Assembly (NCBI GenBank): GCA_963700985.1
Contig: OY969554.1
Coordinates: forward strand, 1,600,001 to 1,664,000
Direction: 5' to 3'
From: an uncultured Chlamydiales bacterium
Lineage (GTDB): Bacteria > Chlamydiota > Chlamydiia > Chlamydiales > Rhabdochlamydiaceae
DNA length: 64,000 nt
Positions 17,401 through 27,870 of this stretch are shown one piece after another; the stretch's first letter is position 1, and the number at the start of each line of letters is the position of its first letter. The position numbers and the translations under genes are program-made. Under the pieces are notes generated by a model that had not been told where the DNA came from, did not search any database, and saw nothing but the letters and a program-made list of their open reading frames with translations.

Positions 17401-17898
17401 ATGGGAGATAAAACTATGTCTGGCGAATTAAGATTAGTTGGTGGGGCCGAAGGGTGCATCTATATGATGCGACTTGCAGAGAAGGCTGATGAAAATGTCA
17501 TTAGAGCCTGCATCATAAGTTATTCGGGTCCTAAGTCATCTAACTTCACGGATAGACTCTCTTATGTGGGTTTTCGTCTTTTTAATGCTTTTAAAAGAAT
17601 TTTGCCATTCCTACACTCTGATTGGCAGAAAGCGAGAAAGATCATTGAAGAACAAGGAAAGAAAAAAACACAAGCTGTGCTTAACAGTGCGAATAGTGAT
17701 AGAGAGCTTGCGCAAAAAGTTACTAAAGAAGCTAAGAAGGAAGTAAAACTAAATGCAAAAGGTCTTTTAGAAATCTGCCTTATTGCCCACCAAGAGAAGA
17801 GTGATCTTAATGACGTTTTCAATGTCATAGTGCCGCGAGACATCGACAGCTGTGTGGAAAAAATTTGGTTAAGAGCATTAGTACAAAAGACATCATAA
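17401..17898 (+). CDS. Hypothetical protein, paralogue B' (start may be 17416)
   Basis: Similar to 16247..16705; GGGAG upstream of the second ATG. Confidence 0.75.
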   Translation: MGDKTMSGELRLVGGAEGCIYMMRLAEKADENVIRACIISYSGPKSSNFTDRLSYVGFRLFNAFKRILPFLHSDWQKARKIIEEQGKKKTQAVLNSANSDRELAQKVTKEAKKEVKLNAKGLLEICLIAHQEKSDLNDVFNVIVPRDIDSCVEKIWLRALVQKTS

Positions 17899-19239
17899 AA
17901 AATGATTTTTTCGATGTGAGGCGGGCGCAATTCTGAGCGCCTGACGATACTTGGTGACAGTGCGCCTGGCCACCGATATGCCTTGACGTTGGATATGTTT
18001 CGAAAGGGCTTGATCCGAAAGGGGCGAGCCCTTGTCTTCTTTTTCCACAAGTTGTTTTAAGATCTCTTTCACTTGCTGAGGCGAAATATCTGCCTCTTCT
18101 GTTTCCACTTTCACATGTGTAAAAAAGCTGCGCAGCGGAAATAGTCCAGGGCGGCAGTGCACGTATTTATGCGCAATGGCCCGCACCACGGTCGAGTGGT
18201 GAACCTGCAAGGCGCTCGCAAGTTCATGCATATTCAAAGGAAGCGGAGCCTTGGCCTCGCCGCTTAAAAACAGCGTCTGACGCTTTACCAGAAAACCTCC
18301 AATCTCTTTCAAGATCTTACGCCGCCTCTCCAAAATACGCTCGAGCCACTTGGCAGAAGCCACCTGCTTGCGAAAATAGCCCGCCTCTGGCTGCGTGCTA
18401 TCGGCGGAGTTCAGAAACATGGGCGCAATGCGAAAGGCTGGCAGCGCTTCTTCATTCACCTCGATCTGCCAGCTCTCTTCTTCTTTCATGATGATCAGAT
18501 CAGGCGAGATAGGCTGTATTGGGTCAAAATTGAAGCGCGATGCTGGATGAAGGTCAAGGTTGGCGATCTCTTGAAAGACCGCTTTATGCAGCTCCTCGTT
18601 TGAACAGCTAAGCTTTTTCTGTAAGGCGGGTAGTCGATTGTGAATTAGATCCTCAAAGTGATTATCAATAAGCATGTAAGCCAGGGTATGCTCCTTACCC
18701 TTTAACTGCAGCTGAAGCAGCAGCGAAGCTTTTAAATTAGGCACGGCAACACCTAAAGGGTCGAATCCCTGGATTTTAATGAGCACAGCTTCTGCTTGAG
18801 GAAGCTCTTCTTTGTTGAATAGTGTCGAAAGGGGGGTGCAGAGAAAGCCTCGGCTGTCGAGGTTGCCGATTAGCGTTTCGGCCACAAGCAGCTCTTCTTT
18901 GGAGAGCGCCATCTCCGCTTGAACCATCAAGTGCTCATAGAGCGATAAATGATGGATAGGCTCTTCAAAATGCAGCTCTTCTTCGAAATGCTGGTTTAGA
19001 GAGCCGAATTCAACCTCTGGCACTTCGCCATCAAGTGCAAGCTCGAGCAGTTCCTCATCAGCTTCTTCTTGATATTCGAGCACTGGATTCTGTTCGATCT
19101 CATCTTTCAGCCACTGTTCCAGTTCGATCACAGGCATCTGCAGGACGTGGAAAGCCTGCTGCATGGCTAAGGACAATAGGAGAGTCTGGTTCTGCTTCAC
19201 CCCAAATTCTGGGGTTTGGCCCATCAGAAGATTGTTCAT
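17893..19239 (-). CDS. rpoN: RNA polymerase sigma-54 factor
   Basis: LQMP..EL, EQNPVLE, FDPLGV, HHSTVVRAI, PLSDQ and RpoN box VARRTVTKYR. Confidence 0.95.
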   Translation of the reverse strand: MNNLLMGQTPEFGVKQNQTLLLSLAMQQAFHVLQMPVIELEQWLKDEIEQNPVLEYQEEADEELLELALDGEVPEVEFGSLNQHFEEELHFEEPIHHLSLYEHLMVQAEMALSKEELLVAETLIGNLDSRGFLCTPLSTLFNKEELPQAEAVLIKIQGFDPLGVAVPNLKASLLLQLQLKGKEHTLAYMLIDNHFEDLIHNRLPALQKKLSCSNEELHKAVFQEIANLDLHPASRFNFDPIQPISPDLIIMKEEESWQIEVNEEALPAFRIAPMFLNSADSTQPEAGYFRKQVASAKWLERILERRRKILKEIGGFLVKRQTLFLSGEAKAPLPLNMHELASALQVHHSTVVRAIAHKYVHCRPGLFPLRSFFTHVKVETEEADISPQQVKEILKQLVEKEDKGSPLSDQALSKHIQRQGISVARRTVTKYRQALRIAPASHRKNHFL

Positions 19240-19302
19240 GAGACTATTCCGCTATTTATATTAACTGCATAGACTGGATAAAATGAATGAATCAAGGAAA
19301 TT

Positions 19303-20232
19303 ATGAGTAAAGTAGTTGTTTTAAGTTGTTTGGGGCTAGGTGACGGGCTAATTTCGCTTGTTTTGTCCCATAATTTGCGCCTCAATGGCTATCAGGTGAC
19401 AACTTACCATCCCTTTCTGGCTGGTTTACAAACTTGGTTCCCGCATCTACCTATTCAGCCTTTTCCCGATTTAGAAGAGCTGGCAAAAACACTGAGCGAA
19501 TGCTCGCGTATCTTTATCTTTTATGAGAAGTCTTCGTGGATGCAGGCGATCATTGCCTATTGTCTCGAGCACTTTCCGGCTAATACCCTCATTCTTAATC
19601 CTATTGCTACGCCTAATCGTGACTATGCCTATTGGGAAACGGGCAAGTTCGATGGCAATTTACCTTTCGTAGATAACCTCTACAATTTCTGCAAAGATCG
19701 GCTGGGTTTAGAAAAGAGCGTCAAGAGTAATGGCATCCAACCTCCCTTGGATGCGCAGAAAAATCGCCACCCTAAGCGTGTGGTCTTACATCCGACGAGC
19801 TCGAGGCCGGGAAAGAACTGGCCACAAGAGAAGTTTTTCAAGCTGAGCGAACGTTTAAAAAAGATCGGCTATGAACCGGTTTTTATTTTAACGAAAGATG
19901 AGAAGCATGAGTGGCAGGGTCTGGGGATTGACGCACCGAGTTTTTCGACACTATCTGAAAGTGCGCGCTTCATTTACGAATCTGGCTATATGATTGGTAA
20001 CGATTCAGGCATCGGACATCTCGCTTCTTGCCTTGGCATTCCCACCTTGACCATCTGCCGAAACGCGTTAACCGCTAAATTTTGGCGTCCTGCCTGGGCA
20101 CATGGAGATGTGCTCTTTCCTCCCGCTTGGGTTCCAAACTTAAAAGGTTTGCGTTGGCGCGATAAGCACTGGAAAAAATGGATTTCAGTCGGAAAAGTGT
20201 TTAATCGTTTTGATGCGTTACGTCAGATCTAA
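19303..20232 (+). CDS. Glycosyltransferase family 9 (heptosyltransferase-like)
   Basis: GLGDGL, VVLHP....KNWP, IGNDSGIGHLASCLGIPT. Confidence 0.85.
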   Translation: MSKVVVLSCLGLGDGLISLVLSHNLRLNGYQVTTYHPFLAGLQTWFPHLPIQPFPDLEELAKTLSECSRIFIFYEKSSWMQAIIAYCLEHFPANTLILNPIATPNRDYAYWETGKFDGNLPFVDNLYNFCKDRLGLEKSVKSNGIQPPLDAQKNRHPKRVVLHPTSSRPGKNWPQEKFFKLSERLKKIGYEPVFILTKDEKHEWQGLGIDAPSFSTLSESARFIYESGYMIGNDSGIGHLASCLGIPTLTICRNALTAKFWRPAWAHGDVLFPPAWVPNLKGLRWRDKHWKKWISVGKVFNRFDALRQI

Positions 20233-22345
20233 TGAGCTTGGCATACTTGGCCACAAGTGTGCGCCGCGTGTTGGCTTGAGGAAAGTAGATGTCGTAAGTC
20301 GTGCCATGAGAGGTTTGATAGGTTCTTTCCACCAGCCCTAGCCCAAAGTCACGATGTAAAACTGTCTCTCCGGGCGCAAAACCACCCTCTTCTGTCACTT
20401 CTTCTTCAACTTCATATTCCCGACGTACAGTTGTGGTGTGAAAAGGATGAAGGTAGACAGCCGGGATCTCTTGCAAAAAGCGGCTGGGCCGCATGATCTG
20501 TGGAGTGCCCCATAAGTAGCGATAACGCGAGGCGGTGAGATAGAGATGTTCGCGAGCGCGGGTCATGCCCACATAACAGAGGCGTCGTTCTTCTTCCAAA
20601 CTCTCAGAATTACCCAAGGTGTTGACATGCGGGAAGAGCTCTTCTTCCATGCCCACAATAAAGACGACACTAAATTCTAAGCCTTTGCTGTTATGCAGCG
20701 TCATTAAGCGTAATGCATCGGTAGAGGTGTCTTTGTTGTCGTGCGCCCCCTTTAAAGCGAGCTCCTCCAAAAAGGCGGACAAGGTCGGTTGATCAGTTTC
20801 AATCTCCCACTCTGCGGCTTTCGAAACGAGTTCTTCCAAATTTCCGCGCCGATCCTGAAAGGTCTCAGGATCTTCTTTGAGAATCTCGAGATAAGCTGAG
20901 CGCTCAATGGCGTAAGAGACAAGCTCATGCAACTTCCTTTTAAGTTGTACCATTTCACGCAGTCCTTGAATAAGTGAAACGTAGCTTCTGAGCCCATCGA
21001 GCTGTTTTTGGCTGAGTTTGAAATTGAGACGTCTATCTACAATCGCAGCGCAGCAAGAGACGATATCAATCCCGCTTTCTTGTGCAAAAGAACGCAGAGA
21101 AGCGAGGGTAGCTTCACCAAATCCACGTTTAGGAAGATTAATTGTCCTTGCAAATGAGAGATAGTCAGTGCCACCCAGCGTTAATCTTAAGAACGCTAAG
21201 ATGTCTTTAACCTCTTTGCGTTGATAGAAGGAGAGTCCTCCTACAATCACATAGGGAATACGTTCGCGTAGCAGCGCATCTTCAAAGACGCGAGATTGAA
21301 AGTGCGTGCGGTAGAAGATCACACATTCGCTTAAAGCGATTTGATCGGCTTGATGGTGTTTTTTCAGGCGCTTAATCACAAAATCCGTTTCAGCGCGTTC
21401 GTTTTCGGCTAGAAAGACGCCTACTTTTTCTCCTTCACCAAGATCGCTCCAGAGGTTTTTTTCATAGCGGCCCGTGTTATGTTGAATGAGCGCATTAGCT
21501 GCATCGAGGATGTTTTTGTGGCTGCGGTAGTTCTGTTCAAGTGAGATGATTTTTGCACCCGGAAAATCCTGCTCGAAATTGAGGATGTTGTGCACATCGG
21601 CGCCGCGCCAAGAGTAGATCGATTGATCAGGATCTCCCACAGCAAAGACATTGTGATGCTGTTCAGCAAGTAGCTTGGCGAGAAGATACTGCGCCATGTT
21701 GGTGTCTTGATATTCATCGATTAGAATGAAGCGCCAGCGCTTCTGATATTTATTTAACGTTTCTGGAGAGGTGCGCAGAAGCTTGACTGCCAAAAAAAGC
21801 AGATCGTCAAAATCCAGCGCATTATACTCTTTGAGTTTTTGCTGATAGAGACGGTAGAGAGAACCGAGAAACTCATCTTCCTCAGCGATTTTTTCGGGCT
21901 CGATCAGATTATTTTTAGCCGAAGAGATCATCGTTTTGGCTTCTTTTAAAAACGCTTTATCTTCTTTGCGATGCAGCGCCACAAGGCACTCTTTCAAAAC
22001 TTTTTCGCTGTCATCTTCATCGAAGATCACAAAGTCGCGTTGAAAACCCAGTACATCGATCGACTCGCGCAAGATACGTGCGCAGAAACTATGAAAAGTG
22101 CAGGTGAGCACAGACTGATGCGCCAGCCTATGAATGCGCTCGCGCATCTCTTCGGCGGCTTTATTTGTGAAGGTTACGGCTAGAATGTCCGACGCTGGCA
22201 CACCGAGCTGCAAAAGATGCGCGATGCGGAAAGTGACAATGCGTGTCTTTCCCGATCCTGCCCCCGCCAAAACGAGTGCTGGCCCTTCGATATGGTTTAC
22301 AGCTTCTTGCTGCTGTGGATTTAAGTTTTCAGAAGATTTCATCAT
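20201..22345 (-). CDS. uvrD: ATP-dependent DNA helicase UvrD/PcrA
   Basis: LAGAGSGKT, TFTNKAA, IDEYQDTN, VGDPDQSIYSWRGA, LEQNYRS, MTLHNSKGLEF, EEERRLCYVGMTRA. Confidence 0.96.
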   Translation of the reverse strand: MMKSSENLNPQQQEAVNHIEGPALVLAGAGSGKTRIVTFRIAHLLQLGVPASDILAVTFTNKAAEEMRERIHRLAHQSVLTCTFHSFCARILRESIDVLGFQRDFVIFDEDDSEKVLKECLVALHRKEDKAFLKEAKTMISSAKNNLIEPEKIAEEDEFLGSLYRLYQQKLKEYNALDFDDLLFLAVKLLRTSPETLNKYQKRWRFILIDEYQDTNMAQYLLAKLLAEQHHNVFAVGDPDQSIYSWRGADVHNILNFEQDFPGAKIISLEQNYRSHKNILDAANALIQHNTGRYEKNLWSDLGEGEKVGVFLAENERAETDFVIKRLKKHHQADQIALSECVIFYRTHFQSRVFEDALLRERIPYVIVGGLSFYQRKEVKDILAFLRLTLGGTDYLSFARTINLPKRGFGEATLASLRSFAQESGIDIVSCCAAIVDRRLNFKLSQKQLDGLRSYVSLIQGLREMVQLKRKLHELVSYAIERSAYLEILKEDPETFQDRRGNLEELVSKAAEWEIETDQPTLSAFLEELALKGAHDNKDTSTDALRLMTLHNSKGLEFSVVFIVGMEEELFPHVNTLGNSESLEEERRLCYVGMTRAREHLYLTASRYRYLWGTPQIMRPSRFLQEIPAVYLHPFHTTTVRREYEVEEEVTEEGGFAPGETVLHRDFGLGLVERTYQTSHGTTYDIYFPQANTRRTLVAKYAKLIRSDVTHQND

Positions 22346-22392
22346 TTGAAGATTTTAAAGTAAATTTGACAAAAAAAGTAAGTTAAAGAAAA

Positions 22393-22417
22393 ATCTCCTA
22401 TAATTTAATTAGGAGAT
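22393..22417 (+). promoter_or_regulatory. 8-bp inverted repeat covering the hsp20 Shine-Dalgarno
   Basis: ATCTCCTA-(taatttaat)-TAGGAGAT, ending 5 nt before ATG 22423. Confidence 0.55.
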
Positions 22418-22422
22418 GTCCA

Positions 22423-22860
22423 ATGAATCGCAAAGCCGTGCCTCGCTCTTTCTGGTCATTTCCTACTATGCGCTTCCCTTTTTCGCTCTTTGACGAAGAA
22501 GAAGAGGGCTGGCTGCAAGAATTTTCCGATGCCTCCGGTCTCTCTGTTGCAGAAGATGAAAAGTTTGTCTATGTAGAAGCCGCACTCCCAGGCATTAAAG
22601 CCGATGAGATCGAGATGACCTTTGATAAAGGGGTTCTCTGGGTTAAAGCTGAACGCAAAGAAGACGAGAAAGACAAAGAAAAAAAATTCTATCGCAAAGC
22701 GGTGAGCTCCTTTTCCTACCGCATTGCCGTGCCTGGCACGATCGATGAGGGCAGATCGCCCGAGGCGACCTGTGCAGATGGCATTCTTCGGGTAGCCTTT
22801 CATAAGACCCAAAAAGCCCTCCTTCAAAGAATTCCTGTTAAGAAAGTATCTACAAACTAG
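22423..22860 (+). CDS. Small heat shock protein (Hsp20/alpha-crystallin)
   Basis: VEAALPGI, GVLWVKAER, FSYRIAVP, A...DGILRV.F.K and C-terminal IPV motif. Confidence 0.9.
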   Translation: MNRKAVPRSFWSFPTMRFPFSLFDEEEEGWLQEFSDASGLSVAEDEKFVYVEAALPGIKADEIEMTFDKGVLWVKAERKEDEKDKEKKFYRKAVSSFSYRIAVPGTIDEGRSPEATCADGILRVAFHKTQKALLQRIPVKKVSTN

Positions 22861-22968
22861 ATCTTCTAAGTCCAAATAAGTAAATTTAATTTTAAATAAT
22901 AATTTTGCTTATTTCTGTTTTGTTGCTATATAATGTCTATTTTATTTCAGCTAATATAGTTAACTATT

Positions 22969-24703
22969 ATGTCTGCAATTTCTCGACCTCTGGAGCAAGT
23001 TTTTCAAGTTCGCGGTTCGCCTAATTTCGCGAGCATAATTTTTGAGTATCTCGACGCTCCTACAGTGGCTCGCGTGTGTAAGGTTTTTCGACGATTGATG
23101 AGCGATCAGCTCGTAAAGGTGGGCGAAGGTGTGTCTGGGAATGAACACGTGCTGATGCAAAGAACTAGGTTGCCGGATTCCCTCAGGTCGATAGAAGGGC
23201 GAAAAGCCCTTTTGCAAATGCTCTTTCAAGAAGTAACAGATCGTATGCGCAAAGTGCGTTTTCCGCCTCACGCAGGGGCTCCTCCTAACCTGCTCCGTAC
23301 TCCTGAAGTCCGTGATGCGTTTTCAAGACGAGCCGCTTGGGGCATATTCTCTCAAAAAGTGCAGCGCCATTTATCTGAAAAAGAATTAAATCTTCGTCAA
23401 GCTACACGCATCTATCAATCTTTGCTGCAGATTAACGGGGTTTTAGAAGAATTTGAAAGAGTTGCTACTGCCGACGAATTCGCGCAGCCCGGTGATGAGC
23501 CGCTTACTGATGAAGAGATTGGGCTTTTGTTTAGCATCCGAGATAAAGAAATTCAAAAGCGTATTCTAGACAACCTGGACCAAGCGCTTATAATGAGCAA
23601 TGTAGAAGAAGCACTTGCTCAGCGTTTTACAGAGACCCTCGCTGCTCAAAAACCGGCCGTTTTGCTTTTAAATTCTGCAAACATTTCAACTTGTTTAGCT
23701 GGTTTGCATCGAGCTCAGACAGAGCTTGTTAATCGTTACAGTGGAGATCGAAGATTTGTCGATATTTCTACAAGCCGTAAGGGAGAATTTTCTATTGAGC
23801 GTTTCATTGAGCAAGAAGTGTTGGCGCAGAAAGCTCAGGAGATCAGAGATTATGATTACGAGAGTCTTTGGGAAGCAATAAATAGGCAGTTTCAGCAGCT
23901 AGGAGTGAACATTGGAGATAATGATCCGACCACATCTTTAGAAATTAAAGAATGGTTGAAAGAAGAATGAAAATCTGCTCCATTTGCAGCAAATTAGGGA
24001 GTTGCGTATTTTTGGAGTGCATTATCTTCCGCCTGAGATCGGACGTCTTACTAATCTTCGCCGGTTGGATTGTTGGTCTAATGGGCATTTACAAGTGCTT
24101 CCACAGGAAATGGAAAATTTGATCCACTTAGAGGAGCTTAATCTGCGAGACAATGGGTTTAAAGCAATTCCTGAAGTTATTGGAAGGCTCGTAAACCTTA
24201 AATGGCTAAATCTTGACAACACTCCAATCCGCAGAGCACTAAATCTCTACGGGAATGAAATCCGCGAGCTGCCTCATTTCTTGACGAATTTGCCTCATTT
24301 AAGTTCATTAAGCATTCTTCATAATCCCATTGAAATCTTGCCCGATGCGGTTTACAGGCACATCGAGGACGCTCCGCTCTTTTTTTCCAATCTAATCCAT
24401 CTCTTAAGAGGCTGCTTTATCGGCCAGGATGCAGGCATCAATATAAATATGGCTAATCTAAGGCAGTTGCCTTTTCAATTATGGGTGCAAAACCAGCTAG
24501 ACGCAGGTTTAAAAGGCTTTTTCAACGCCCTGGATAGAACTTTAGGAGAAAAGCTATCTTTATCCTTAAGGGTTATTTTTACTGTTCCTCTAATGCTGAT
24601 TCGTTGGGTTCTTTTAGACATTCTTGTGCCAATTGTGGGCTTATTTAGGGATCTTTTTGGCTATGAGAGGCAGGTGACGGTTGAGCCGCCTCCAGAGGTT
24701 TAG
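22969..24703 (+). pseudogene. F-box-like plus leucine-rich-repeat protein split by a +1 frameshift near 23960
   Basis: N-terminal IIFEYLD..VARVCKVFRRL; LRRs (LPPEIGRLTNLRRLD, LPQEMENLIHLEELNL, IPEVIGRLVNLKWLNL) lie in the next frame. Removing one A from TTGAAAGAAG joins the frames. Confidence 0.75.
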
Positions 24704-24726
24704 CAGTCGAGGTGGTCTTCTGCTAA
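24700..24726 (+). promoter_or_regulatory. CIRCE element (HrcA operator) upstream of groES
   Basis: TTAGCAGTC-N9-TTCTGCTAA, i.e. TAGCA-N15-TGCTAA. Confidence 0.85.
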
Positions 24727-24743
24727 AAATGTAATTTGCTCCC

Positions 24744-24772
24744 TTGACAATATTCGCAAATTTCTCTACGAT
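24744..24772 (+). promoter_or_regulatory. Sigma70/66-type promoter of groESL
   Basis: TTGACA-17 nt-TACGAT. Confidence 0.8.
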
Positions 24773-24810
24773 TCAACCTTTCTTACATTAAATTTTAGGG
24801 AGAGTATCCT

Positions 24811-25110
24811 ATGTCAACTTTCGTGAAGATTAAACCTTTAGGTAATCGCGTTCTGGTTAAGCGCTCTGAAGCGAAAACTTCCAAGGGAGGAATCATCCTG
24901 CCTGATTCAGCAAAAGAGAAGCCAAAGCAGGGCGAAGTCATGGCCGTAGGTCCTGGCAAGATGGATGAAGAGGGCAATGTCCAGCCGATGAATGTGCGCG
25001 TGGGTGATAAGGTGCTCTTTTCAGCGTATGCTGGAAGCGAAGCTAAAACCGACGATGCTGCTGACTATCTCATTGTGTCAGAAGATGACATCTTGGGCGT
25101 GCTCGCATAA
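24811..25110 (+). CDS. groES: Co-chaperonin GroES
   Basis: IKPLGNRVLV, GGIILPDSAKEKP, VMAVGPG, EDDILGV. Confidence 0.97.
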   Translation: MSTFVKIKPLGNRVLVKRSEAKTSKGGIILPDSAKEKPKQGEVMAVGPGKMDEEGNVQPMNVRVGDKVLFSAYAGSEAKTDDAADYLIVSEDDILGVLA

Positions 25111-25125
25111 AACACAAAAAACTAA

Positions 25126-26844
<1,719 letters not shown>

Positions 26845-26845
26845 T

Positions 26846-27094
26846 ATGCCAACCTATGGCTACAGCTGCGAAAAATGCAGCCATCAGCTCGAAGCATTTC
26901 AAAAGATCACAGACGGGGCGCTCACACAGTGCCCCGCCTGCGGATCTGACTCTTTAAAAAGGGGTTTCGGTGGCGGCTCTGCCACATTTCAGTTCAAAGG
27001 TGATGGTTTCTACATCACAGATTACAAAAAAACCTCTTCCTGCTGTCCTTGTGATAAAGATGGCAAAAAAGACGGCGGCTGCACCTCCAAATAA
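26846..27094 (+). CDS. FmdB-family zinc ribbon protein
   Basis: MPTYGYSCEKC...CPACG...FKGDGFYITDY. Confidence 0.88.
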   Translation: MPTYGYSCEKCSHQLEAFQKITDGALTQCPACGSDSLKRGFGGGSATFQFKGDGFYITDYKKTSSCCPCDKDGKKDGGCTSK

Positions 27095-27127
27095 ACAGCC
27101 AATCTTAGACTATTGCGTTCAAAGAAA

Positions 27128-27211
27128 ACAGGATGTGTAGGATCAGGCAGGATATGGAGGGTGGAGAAACTATCTTGCGTATCCTGCCGCTTGCGATCCT
27201 GCATATGCTGT
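27128..27211. repeat. Intergenic CAGGAT-unit palindrome, copy 2
   Basis: ACAGGATGTGTAGGATCAGGCAGGATATGG...ATCTTGCGTATCCTGCC-GCTTGC-GATCCTGCATATGCTGT. Confidence 0.8.
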
Positions 27212-27251
27212 AAATGATTTACTAAAAAAGGGTGGATTCGCTCTGCTAAGT

Positions 27252-27854
27252 CTAATGCTGCATGGGTTCGAAGCAGAAAGCTAGCCAGCCCTCTTCTTCT
27301 TTTTCAGAGATCAACTTCCAATTCCATTCTTGCGCTTGCTGTAAATAGATCTCGCGCTGCGCGGTGAGCACGCCCGACGTAATCACCATCTTTGCGTGAT
27401 TAAACAGAGACGCGTACATCTCTTTTGCGGCTCTCTGTTCATAGTGGATCATGTTCATTAAGATAAGCTGCGGTTTCTCTTTCGCCTGAATTCCTTCAGT
27501 GCCTACAAAAAATTCCGTCTTGTTCTGAAAATTATTAACTTTTGCATTCTCTTTTGCGTGAACAACTGCTTCTGGATCGATATCGATCCCGATACAATGC
27601 TGCGCGCCCAAGGCGATAGCAGCTATGCTAAGAATGCCGCTGCCACAACCTATATCTGCCACAGTTTTTCCAGGCACGTATTTCGCCATCAATTCTAGTG
27701 TGAGCCGTGTGGTGGGATGTGAAAGATCTCCAAAGCCAGGACCGGGCTTGAGGCGCACAGATGCTTGAGTTCCAAAGGGGCTCAGATCCAGGTGTAAATA
27801 GCCCTGATGAAAGTTTGGTGCAAATGACTCCCATTGCTGATTCCAATCAATCAT
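27252..27854 (-). CDS. prmA: PrmA-like (ribosomal protein L11) methyltransferase, short form
   Basis: PGPGFGDLSHPTTRL, VADIGCGSGILSIAA, IDIDPEAV, EGW. Confidence 0.78.
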   Translation of the reverse strand: MIDWNQQWESFAPNFHQGYLHLDLSPFGTQASVRLKPGPGFGDLSHPTTRLTLELMAKYVPGKTVADIGCGSGILSIAAIALGAQHCIGIDIDPEAVVHAKENAKVNNFQNKTEFFVGTEGIQAKEKPQLILMNMIHYEQRAAKEMYASLFNHAKMVITSGVLTAQREIYLQQAQEWNWKLISEKEEEGWLAFCFEPMQH

Positions 27855-27870
27855 TTTAGATCTCCCGCAA

